Sequence record: PP047755
DNA length: 64,000 nt
Source of the DNA: Escherichia phage KEP1
Strand: one strand, 5' to 3'
This document shows, piece by piece, positions 47,970 to 55,230 of the stretch. The number at the start of each line of letters is the position of its first letter. Position 1 is the first letter of the stretch. The position numbers and the translations under genes were made by a program. The notes under the pieces were generated by a model. The model had not been told where the DNA came from. It saw only the letters and a list, made by a program, of their open reading frames with translations, and searched no databases.

Positions 47970-48179
47970 ATGAGCCACCGTGGAAGAACCCATGCAGCAA
48001 TGATGAAAGGTGCTTCAAAGGAAACTATCAAGAATCGTAAGCAGAAGTTGTTTGAGAGAATAAACAGGTTGATTGACAATTCATCTCTTTCAGGTTCTGA
48101 GAAGGTTTTCTTGAAAGGTAATCTGAAAAGCATTGCACAAGAACTTGTAGATATTGAATATTGGAGACATCAAAAATGA
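47970..48179 (+). CDS. hypothetical protein (69 aa)
   Basis: ORF with GGAGGG ribosome-binding site. Confidence 0.55.
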   Translation: MSHRGRTHAAMMKGASKETIKNRKQKLFERINRLIDNSSLSGSEKVFLKGNLKSIAQELVDIEYWRHQK

Positions 48180-48394
48180 CACTTGCAGACGTTATTCAGC
48201 AACTTCATGATAACTGCTACACTCCAGAGTTAATTCAGGAGATGTCCATTGTAGTCATGCCTAGCAAGTTCGTAAAAACCTTTAACAACGACGCTTTAAG
48301 GTCTACACACATCCTTATCGTTGACGGTAAGATTGCAAAAGACCGTACTGGAGTACTTAAAGGTGAACGTATTGATATTCTGGAGTTGCTATGA
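48161..48394 (+). CDS. hypothetical protein (77 aa)
   Basis: ORF overlapping upstream stop. Confidence 0.55.
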   Translation: METSKMTLADVIQQLHDNCYTPELIQEMSIVVMPSKFVKTFNNDALRSTHILIVDGKIAKDRTGVLKGERIDILELL

Positions 48395-48531
48395 AGAAAA
48401 TGTACAGTCTCTGGGGAAGGGTTGGTAAAGGTTTTGACTGGACACTTCTTCGTTCAAACGTTAAACGTAGTGAATTACCAGAACTCATTACTCACTATTT
48501 AAAAACATACAGAGAGGTAGACTATCGTGAA
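48391..48531 (+). CDS. small hypothetical protein (46 aa), not in the ORF track
   Basis: ATGA overlap with upstream stop; MKKMYSLWGRVGKGFDW. Confidence 0.35.
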
Positions 48532-48784
48532 CAATAAGGTTAAGAGTTGTGTGAAAGCAATGGTTGCACTTGGAGTAATTTTTCTATCTGGCTGCAACCC
48601 CTCTTACGAGGACAAAAACGCTTCTTATAGCCTCCCACCAGAGATGCAAGACTGCAAAGTCTATAAGTTACATGGTGATGCCATAAGCAGAGATATTGTT
48701 GTTGTCAGATGTCCAAACTCTCAAACAACAACATCTTATAGTTATGGGAAAAATGGTCAATCACACACTACGGTTATTGAGTGA
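48527..48784 (+). CDS. putative lipoprotein (85 aa)
   Basis: Signal peptide with lipobox VIFLSGC. Confidence 0.55.
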   Translation: MNNKVKSCVKAMVALGVIFLSGCNPSYEDKNASYSLPPEMQDCKVYKLHGDAISRDIVVVRCPNSQTTTSYSYGKNGQSHTTVIE

Positions 48785-48791
48785 GGTTTTC

Positions 48792-49001
48792 ACGATGGAA
48801 GTCCTAGTAAACTATATCTATTGTTATGATGTTGTTCACTCCACTACAACCGTAGCTCAACGTAACCCAATCGTCCCACGAGAAGGTGAGTTGGTTCGCA
48901 TCGAGGGTTGGACTTACACTGTGGAAAGCATCATCCATAAGTTTGATGTTGCTGGTGATGTTCAAGTTATCGACGTAGAGATTGGTGGTAAGAGAAAATG
49001 A
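48792..49001 (+). CDS. hypothetical protein (69 aa from MEVLVNY)
   Basis: GAGG ribosome-binding site before ATG 48792; the longer ORF 48696-49001 overlaps the lipoprotein gene. Confidence 0.5.
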   Translation, partial: TMEVLVNYIYCYDVVHSTTTVAQRNPIVPREGELVRIEGWTYTVESIIHKFDVAGDVQVIDVEIGGKRK

Positions 49002-49153
49002 AACCTAAGCAAACAATGACAGATGCAACCTTCACAGTGCGCAGTTTCGAAAGGTTGCACATCAAAGATGCAAAAAATACACCAAAATGCGTTGTGCATT
49101 TCATTAAAAGGCGTAGTAACATGTCATATATGAAATCTGACAAAGGCAAGAGA
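48998..49153 (+). CDS. small basic protein (51 aa), not in the ORF track
   Basis: ATGA overlap with upstream stop; GAGAAA ribosome-binding site. Confidence 0.35.
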
Positions 49154-49157
49154 TAAA

Positions 49158-49349
49158 ATGAACAAAGAAGATAAGCATAAAAATGCTGTACGAACTCCTG
49201 ATGGAAAGGTTCAATCCTTCATCCTTACAGTTGATGGAAAGCCATTTCGTTGCCACTGCGGAGCAAACTGTTTTCATAAACCAGATAAAAATGACTTAGA
49301 GCTTTACGCATGTAATGCTTGCAATACTTGGTATCACTCAGAGGAATAA
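49158..49349 (+). CDS. small zinc-ribbon protein (63 aa)
   Basis: CHCGANC...CNACNTWYH cysteine pairs. Confidence 0.55.
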   Translation: MNKEDKHKNAVRTPDGKVQSFILTVDGKPFRCHCGANCFHKPDKNDLELYACNACNTWYHSEE

Positions 49350-49350
49350 A

Positions 49351-50454
49351 ATGACAACTCTATACAAACAAAATAAAGATGGCTCTTTTAACGTCTGGTC
49401 ATGTGTCGCTGTAGGTGACAAAGTTATTACAACCTACGGTAAAGAAAATGGCAAGATGATGTTTGAAGAGTATACAGCAGAACCTAAAAACATCGGTAAA
49501 AAGAACGAGCGTAACGCTGAACAGCAAGCTCTCTTTGAAGTTGCTGCTAAGTATAAAAAACAAGTTGACCGCAAAGGTTATGCTTACACAAAAGAGTCTG
49601 CACAGAATACTGAGAAGGTAGGTGTACAGCTTGCTCATGATGCTGCAAAGGTTAGTCATGCAAAGTATCTGAAGTTCCCTGCTGATGCTCAACCGAAACT
49701 TGATGGTGTCCGTTGTAGGATTTCAAGGCACTTAAGTATTGGCAGTGTATTCACAGCATATTCTCGTGAAAATACTGTTTACAAAATCCCTACTGAACTA
49801 ATACCTGACATTATGGCAATGTTAAGGCTCCACAAAGATGTTGATGAATTTGATGGAGAGATTTATGCTCATGGGTGGGACTTAGAAGATATCGTCTCTA
49901 TGATTAAAAATGAAGACAATCCTGACAGACACCTGCTCAAGTTTTACTGGTATGATATTTGTGACAGCACTAAGACGTGGCCTGAGCGTAGAGATATTAT
50001 TGAGACTTCACCATTGAATGACTTTAGAGACGGCTGTAGAGTTGTCCCTGTTAAGTCTCGTCGTGTAAATTCTTGGGAAGAGTTTGATGAAGCTCATGAT
50101 AAGTGGGTTGAAGCTAAGTTTGAAGGTGCAATGTACCGTTCAATCTCTGAAGACTCCTTCTATGAGTGTTGTCACCGTTCATACTTCTTGATTAAGCACA
50201 AGAAGATGCACACTGAAGAGTTTAAAGTGACTGGTGTAAAGACTGATAAGCGTGGTCATGGCAAGTTCGTTGTAGAGACTCTTCCTAACGTCTTTGTAGA
50301 TGTCTCATGGAAGACTACTCATGAGAAGAAACAGTATCTTGCTGAGCATCCTGAAGAGTTTATCGGGAAGCCTCTAACGGTTCAGTTCCAGAAGATGACT
50401 CGTAAGGGTTCTTTACAGTTCCCTGTCGGGCTAGTTATTAGGGATTATGAATAA
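49351..50454 (+). CDS. ATP-dependent DNA ligase
   Basis: Adenylation motif I PKLDGVRC (KxDGxR); GAGGA ribosome-binding site before ATG 49351 (ORF track start 49315 is probably too early). Confidence 0.85.
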   Translation: MTTLYKQNKDGSFNVWSCVAVGDKVITTYGKENGKMMFEEYTAEPKNIGKKNERNAEQQALFEVAAKYKKQVDRKGYAYTKESAQNTEKVGVQLAHDAAKVSHAKYLKFPADAQPKLDGVRCRISRHLSIGSVFTAYSRENTVYKIPTELIPDIMAMLRLHKDVDEFDGEIYAHGWDLEDIVSMIKNEDNPDRHLLKFYWYDICDSTKTWPERRDIIETSPLNDFRDGCRVVPVKSRRVNSWEEFDEAHDKWVEAKFEGAMYRSISEDSFYECCHRSYFLIKHKKMHTEEFKVTGVKTDKRGHGKFVVETLPNVFVDVSWKTTHEKKQYLAEHPEEFIGKPLTVQFQKMTRKGSLQFPVGLVIRDYE

Positions 50455-50457
50455 ACT

Positions 50458-50604
50458 ATGTTCAGTACAGTCATTCTGTTTATACTGGTTGTCTTTGTAT
50501 TGTCATACGTTGCAAGTAAGCTTTTGGACACATCTTTTGCAATGGGTGTCTTGTTTACAATCTTTTGTTTCGTGACACATATAGCTATCAGGACTTTTAT
50601 ATAA
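50458..50604 (+). CDS. small hydrophobic membrane peptide (48 aa), not in the ORF track
   Basis: ATG three nt after the ligase stop; MFSTVILFILVVFVLSYVAS...VLFTIFCFV. Confidence 0.4.
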   Translation: MFSTVILFILVVFVLSYVASKLLDTSFAMGVLFTIFCFVTHIAIRTFI

Positions 50605-50611
50605 AAAGCTG

Positions 50612-50639
50612 TTGACATAGAAAATTTGGTGAGTATACT
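50612..50639 (+). promoter_or_regulatory. near-consensus sigma70 promoter TTGACA-16-TATACT
   Basis: -35 at 50612-50617, -10 at 50634-50639. Confidence 0.6.
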
Positions 50640-50689
50640 GAGCAGCATAAACCAACAGGTACTCACCAGCATCACTTAAGAGTCTTTCT

Positions 50690-50940
50690 AAGAGGGTTTT
50701 TAAGTGATGTCCGGTCGGGTGAGGTAGGGTTAAGTATTGTCCGGTACGGTCGGGTAAAGTACGGTACGGTAAGGTAAAGTACGGTATGGTAAGGCAAGGC
50801 TAGGTCTGGTATGGGTAGTTAGTCTCAGCTACATTAAAATGAGACTTACCTTTTTAAAAGGTCTTTAAGAGGGTCTTTTAACAAGGCGGGGTGCGGCTCG
50901 GTCTGGTTGTGTGAGGTTCTGTTTGGCTAGGTAAGGTATG
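50690..50940. repeat. strand-biased G/T-rich degenerate tandem repeats (GGTAAGG / GTACGGT units)
   Basis: GTCCGGTACGGTCGGGTAAAGTACGGTACGGTAAGGTAAAGTACGGTATGGTAAGG...; no ORF. Confidence 0.65.
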
Positions 50941-51065
50941 GAAGGATGGCAGTAGCCTTATAAAAAATCTGCCAAATAAGCTATAAAATCTGTTGACAAG
51001 TCAGGTGTTATAGCTTATTTTTATACTCAATGTAATACAAAATTTAATATAACTTTGAGGTCATT

Positions 51066-51449
51066 ATGAAAAAGATTTTATTAGCTGCTGCAATGGTTAT
51101 GGCAATGAATTTACCAGTCAATGCAACAGAACTTCCAAATGTGGACTTATCAGGTGTTCCAGAAGACACTTGTCAGATTGTTAAAGGTGTTGCTCTAGCT
51201 AATGGCGAGCTACTTAAACCAATCTCTGAAGAGTCTTTAACAGAGATGACTGATAAGGTAACTGACTATCAGTATCGTGTTCTTGCAGAGTATTTCCTGC
51301 AATCTGCAAATATTAAAGAGAAGCACCCTGATGATATTGATGTACAGACTATGCTTAATCATCGTATCCAGTTTAAAGAGGATTTGATGCAAAAAGCCAT
51401 GTATGGTGTTGAGTATTTCTTAGAAAACAGAAGCTGCACAGGTATTTGA
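51066..51449 (+). CDS. secreted protein (127 aa)
   Basis: Signal peptide MKKILLAAAMVMAMNLPVNA; GAGG ribosome-binding site. Confidence 0.6.
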   Translation: MKKILLAAAMVMAMNLPVNATELPNVDLSGVPEDTCQIVKGVALANGELLKPISEESLTEMTDKVTDYQYRVLAEYFLQSANIKEKHPDDIDVQTMLNHRIQFKEDLMQKAMYGVEYFLENRSCTGI

Positions 51450-51450
51450 T

Positions 51451-51663
51451 ATGGCTCTTAAAAAGTTACATCCCAGAAGCGGTTATGGTAAGATAATTGA
51501 TGATACAGACGGCTTTACAGTCTTTACAGTTATCTGTCAAGATGATTCACAGATTGAAAAGATTCTTGACGATTATCTTAACGATGAACGTGAAAAGGTT
51601 AGGGCTACAAACATAGATTCATTGATTGACACTTCACGCAAACGGAAGAAGAAAGATGAATGA
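51451..51663 (+). CDS. hypothetical protein (70 aa)
   Basis: ORF. Confidence 0.55.
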   Translation: MALKKLHPRSGYGKIIDDTDGFTVFTVICQDDSQIEKILDDYLNDEREKVRATNIDSLIDTSRKRKKKDE

Positions 51664-51955
51664 GGTTTTTGACCCTTATGCTCCACAAGATGATTGGGAG
51701 GCTGACAGAGAGGCTGAAATGGAGAGTTATATTTGTCCAATGGATGTAGACGAAATGAGAGACTTCGTTGCACATCGTTTTAAGAGAGAGATTAAGTCCA
51801 GAGGTCTTTCTCAAGAGCAAGTTGCTAAAATTTGTGGTATCTCTCAGGCTCGTGTATCCAACATAATCCACCTCACTGGTAATGTCTCGCTTGAGTATAT
51901 GTTGGAAGTATGCGAAAAATTCGGTGTTAATTTTAATTTAAGGCTGGCAGATTAA
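51656..51955 (+). CDS. helix-turn-helix DNA-binding protein (XRE-like)
   Basis: LSQEQVAKICGISQARVSNI helix-turn-helix; start ATG 51656 overlaps upstream stop. Confidence 0.6.
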   Translation: MNEVFDPYAPQDDWEADREAEMESYICPMDVDEMRDFVAHRFKREIKSRGLSQEQVAKICGISQARVSNIIHLTGNVSLEYMLEVCEKFGVNFNLRLAD

Positions 51956-51956
51956 T

Positions 51957-52316
51957 ATGAAACGTGAAAACATTATCCACTCTGAAAACTTCGCATTAGG
52001 CTTTTATGGTGCACCTACTCACCTTGAAAAGTATTATGGCGTGAAGATTCTTTCCAATCTCATTATGGCTTACAAAGATGGTAAGATTAAGCATACTGAG
52101 AAGAAACGTGTCATGGGTTATATGGCTGTAGGTTCAGCAATCTCAAACATTAAGCTGGAGACAACCAGTAGCCAGATTGTGAAAGACCACTTCATCAAAG
52201 AACTTTACCACAATCTTGATGGTGTAGATGTTCAGGCTGTTTGGCTGGATGTTGATGGTCACAACTACACAAGCTTCGTTTTCAAAAACGATGACATCAA
52301 ATGTCTGTTCCCATAA
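51957..52316 (+). CDS. hypothetical protein (119 aa)
   Basis: ORF. Confidence 0.55.
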   Translation: MKRENIIHSENFALGFYGAPTHLEKYYGVKILSNLIMAYKDGKIKHTEKKRVMGYMAVGSAISNIKLETTSSQIVKDHFIKELYHNLDGVDVQAVWLDVDGHNYTSFVFKNDDIKCLFP

Positions 52317-52329
52317 TAGGTGATGAATT

Positions 52330-52845
52330 ATGATTGATATATACTTACAAGATGCTCATGCAGATTTCCTTAAAGTGATGCTTAAAAAGTTTATGGCTTC
52401 ACAGGGTGATAATGAAGCATCTTTTAAAATAGTTACATGTGGCGATGAAGCTGGTTTTGTTGAGATTGAACATGAAGGTACTGGAAAGATTGTTTGCAAG
52501 CTACCTGATAGCATGTTCTCTAGCACATTCTTAGCAAAGACTAGCATAAATGTTAAGCTTGTGCCTCAGATTGAAACATACTCTGGTACAGATTACCCTA
52601 AAGGTTTTAAGTCACTGATGAAGTACTTCTTAGATGACTTTGTGAGTAATCTTCTGAGAGAGGTAAAAGAAAGCCGTACAGTGTTGACTATAGAGAATAT
52701 GGGAGGCACTATTAGGGTTACTTCTGACTGTTTTGTTATGAGCCTCTTCGACTTCGTTCCTAAGAACTTTGATGGTATTCTGGATGAAGAAGATGACTGT
52801 GTAGACTTTATATTGGTTCTTGAACCAGTTTTTGAGGTTAAATAG
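52330..52845 (+). CDS. hypothetical protein (171 aa)
   Basis: ORF. Confidence 0.55.
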   Translation: MIDIYLQDAHADFLKVMLKKFMASQGDNEASFKIVTCGDEAGFVEIEHEGTGKIVCKLPDSMFSSTFLAKTSINVKLVPQIETYSGTDYPKGFKSLMKYFLDDFVSNLLREVKESRTVLTIENMGGTIRVTSDCFVMSLFDFVPKNFDGILDEEDDCVDFILVLEPVFEVK

Positions 52846-53106
52846 ATGAAAATTGAACACTGCTATGAGTCTGACGGAGCACCTATCCGTTGTCCACATT
52901 GTGGATGTACAGACTTACAAGGTGAGGTAAGTGAAATAGTCAACGGTCATATTGCTGAAGAGAGTACAAGGTGTACAGGGTGTAGTGAAATCATTGCTTT
53001 CTGGGCTTACGGTTCATACCAACCTACACCACACTTAATCTACCATAGCAATAAAGCTGTGAAGAATGTTATCAACTGGTTCATTAAGAAAGGGTTTACA
53101 AAATGA
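52846..53106 (+). CDS. small zinc-ribbon protein (86 aa)
   Basis: CPHCGC...CTGCSE cysteine pairs. Confidence 0.55.
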   Translation: MKIEHCYESDGAPIRCPHCGCTDLQGEVSEIVNGHIAEESTRCTGCSEIIAFWAYGSYQPTPHLIYHSNKAVKNVINWFIKKGFTK

Positions 53107-53648
53107 TTAAATTAATCTTTGCAAGTGGTGAAAATGGTGAGTTTGGCACTCCAACTGGTATGCCGTGGCCTCGACATAAACAGGATATGCAAGAGTTTAA
53201 GAGACTCACTAAAAACAACTTAGTAGTTATGGGTAACGAGACTTTCAAGACTCTGGGTAGTAAACCTTTACCAGAACGTGCAAACCTCATCTTAACAAAT
53301 TCTGTACCATACTTAGGCATAGACTTTGGCAAAGATGAGGTAATGTATGCTAAGGCCAGCAAAGAATCCTTTGGAGCATTTTTGAAGTATCTCGATAGCT
53401 CTATTGATGAAGATGTCTTTGTAATTGGTGGTGCAGGTGTCCTTGTCAATGCTTTACCATATGCTGGTGTAGTTTTCCATACAGTTTTCCATAAAGTTAC
53501 TGAAGAGGCCACTGTGTATTTACCTTTTGAAAACTTCTTTGAGAAGCTGTATGATAACCGTGTATTTACAAAGGTACAGTCAAAACCATCAGAGGATGGT
53601 AAAGCAACCTTTGAAATTTATGTTCCACAAGTAAAAGGACACTTTTGA
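53103..53648 (+). CDS. frd: dihydrofolate reductase
   Basis: N-terminal GTPTGMPWP and VVMGNETFKTLG...LPERANLILT match DHFR motifs. Confidence 0.85.
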   Translation: MIKLIFASGENGEFGTPTGMPWPRHKQDMQEFKRLTKNNLVVMGNETFKTLGSKPLPERANLILTNSVPYLGIDFGKDEVMYAKASKESFGAFLKYLDSSIDEDVFVIGGAGVLVNALPYAGVVFHTVFHKVTEEATVYLPFENFFEKLYDNRVFTKVQSKPSEDGKATFEIYVPQVKGHF

Positions 53649-53649
53649 T

Positions 53650-54549
53650 ATGTCGCAAGCAGATACAAGTTACAAAAATATCCTGAACCATGTTTTATCA
53701 GTCGGTGAACTGCGTACTACACGAACTGGAGATGTTATCTCTGCATTCGCTCCACCTCAGTTTCGTTTTGATATGCGAACTGGTTTCCCGCTCTTAACAT
53801 CTAAACAGGTGTTTACAAGACAAGTTATCGGGGAAGCTTTATGGTTCCTGAATGGTGAGAATAAGCTTGGTGAACTTCGTTACCGTACTTGGGATGAAAA
53901 TGACGGAGAACGCTGGACTATCTGGTCAGATGATTTTAAACGCTGGTTAAGCTCTAATTATTCTTCTGAACAAGATTGGTTAGATGATGCAGGTGGAAGG
54001 ATTTATGGGGTTCAGTGGAGAAACTTTGAAGGTCATAATGGTTGTGTTGTAGACCAACTAGAGACCTTAGTAACGAAGATGAAGGGTGATATCACAGACC
54101 GTTACATGCTTGTTAATGCTTGGAATGCAGCAGATATTGCAGCAAACTCAATGGCTTTAGCACCTTGTCATGTTCTGTTTCAGATTTATATCACTAACGA
54201 GGGTGAAGTTGACTTACAATGGTATCAGCGTTCAGTAGACACCTTTTTAGGACTTCCGTTTAATATTGCATCTTACGGTTTTATTCTGGAAGTTCTTTGT
54301 AAGATGACTGGATACACTCCACGGTACTTGATAGGTGTCTTTGGAGATACTCAGATTTATCAGAACCACATGAAACAGGTTTATGAACTACTGAACAACG
54401 AAGAGTTCCATGCACCAACTTTTGAGATTGGTATACCACTTAACACTTTAAGTGACTTAAAACATCTTACAGCAAGTGATTTTATTGGTGGGATTAATAA
54501 CTACCAACATGCAGGTAAGATTGAAGCACCTCTGTCAGTAGGCAAGTAA
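53650..54549 (+). CDS. thyA: thymidylate synthase
   Basis: Active-site region LAPCHVLFQIY and SVDTFLGLPFNIASY match ThyA (ALAPCH, DVFLGLPFNIASY). Confidence 0.9.
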   Translation: MSQADTSYKNILNHVLSVGELRTTRTGDVISAFAPPQFRFDMRTGFPLLTSKQVFTRQVIGEALWFLNGENKLGELRYRTWDENDGERWTIWSDDFKRWLSSNYSSEQDWLDDAGGRIYGVQWRNFEGHNGCVVDQLETLVTKMKGDITDRYMLVNAWNAADIAANSMALAPCHVLFQIYITNEGEVDLQWYQRSVDTFLGLPFNIASYGFILEVLCKMTGYTPRYLIGVFGDTQIYQNHMKQVYELLNNEEFHAPTFEIGIPLNTLSDLKHLTASDFIGGINNYQHAGKIEAPLSVGK

Positions 54550-54595
54550 AACAAAAAAGGCTCCCGTAAAAAGGAGCCTTAAATTTTATTTTTCA
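54550..54595. terminator. bidirectional rho-independent terminator between convergent genes
   Basis: AGGCTCC-CGTAAAAA-GGAGCCT flanked by AAAACAAAAAA upstream and TAAATTTTATTTTT downstream. Confidence 0.75.
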
Positions 54596-54957
54596 GTATT
54601 CTTTGTGTTCTTTTCAGTAATAGCTTGCAAGGCTGATACTGATTGAGCCAGATTGTTCACACTGTCAGAGAATTTATCAAGAGTCTTAGTAAGTTTTGCA
54701 TTCTCACCCTTAACATTCTCTAACTGAACTTTCTGGTTCTCCATCCCTAGCTGAATCAGTCTCATGTCAGACTGTAAATCACGAATAGCTGAGTAATTAG
54801 ATTTGCTATAATTATCTAGCTGCTGTAACTTTGTTGTGACAGACACTTCTTGCTTACCATCCGAGACTTGCATGGTGGTATACATCCCAATAACACTAAA
54901 AATACCAACTACAATTGCACCAATATTATTTTTAAAAGCTTCCTCTAGCCACTTCAT
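54586..54957 (-). CDS. membrane-anchored coiled-coil protein (123 aa)
   Basis: IGAIVVGIFSVIGMYTT helix followed by Gln/Leu-rich coiled coil. Confidence 0.55.
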   Translation of the reverse strand: MKWLEEAFKNNIGAIVVGIFSVIGMYTTMQVSDGKQEVSVTTKLQQLDNYSKSNYSAIRDLQSDMRLIQLGMENQKVQLENVKGENAKLTKTLDKFSDSVNNLAQSVSALQAITEKNTKNTEK

Positions 54958-55151
54958 TTATTCTCCCCCTTAAAAGCTTTTTCTAAGTTATCTACGAACT
55001 CATCATCAATAGGTGTGTCTGTCTTACTCGCAAGATATCTTGCAAGCTTAAAGAACACTTTCTCAATCATGTATTCACTTAGAAGGGATAAAATGAGTTT
55101 CCAGAAGAAGCTACCTAGATTTTTTAGAAGAATTGCTAGGATTGTAGGCAT
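54954..55151 (-). CDS. small membrane protein (65 aa; holin-like candidate)
   Basis: PTILAILLKNLGSFFWKLILSLL hydrophobic segment, charged C-terminus. Confidence 0.45.
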   Translation of the reverse strand: MPTILAILLKNLGSFFWKLILSLLSEYMIEKVFFKLARYLASKTDTPIDDEFVDNLEKAFKGENK

Positions 55152-55230
55152 TTAATCACCTCATCAGCCAAGATGGTGAGAATATCCATAAAGAATATTA
55201 ACACCATCTTAACAATCAGTCAACAAGTGA

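Noticed and set aside
50445-50675. Minus-strand ORF of 76 aa
   Set aside because: It overlaps the near-consensus plus-strand promoter and the plus-strand small membrane ORF, has no ribosome-binding site and low-complexity composition
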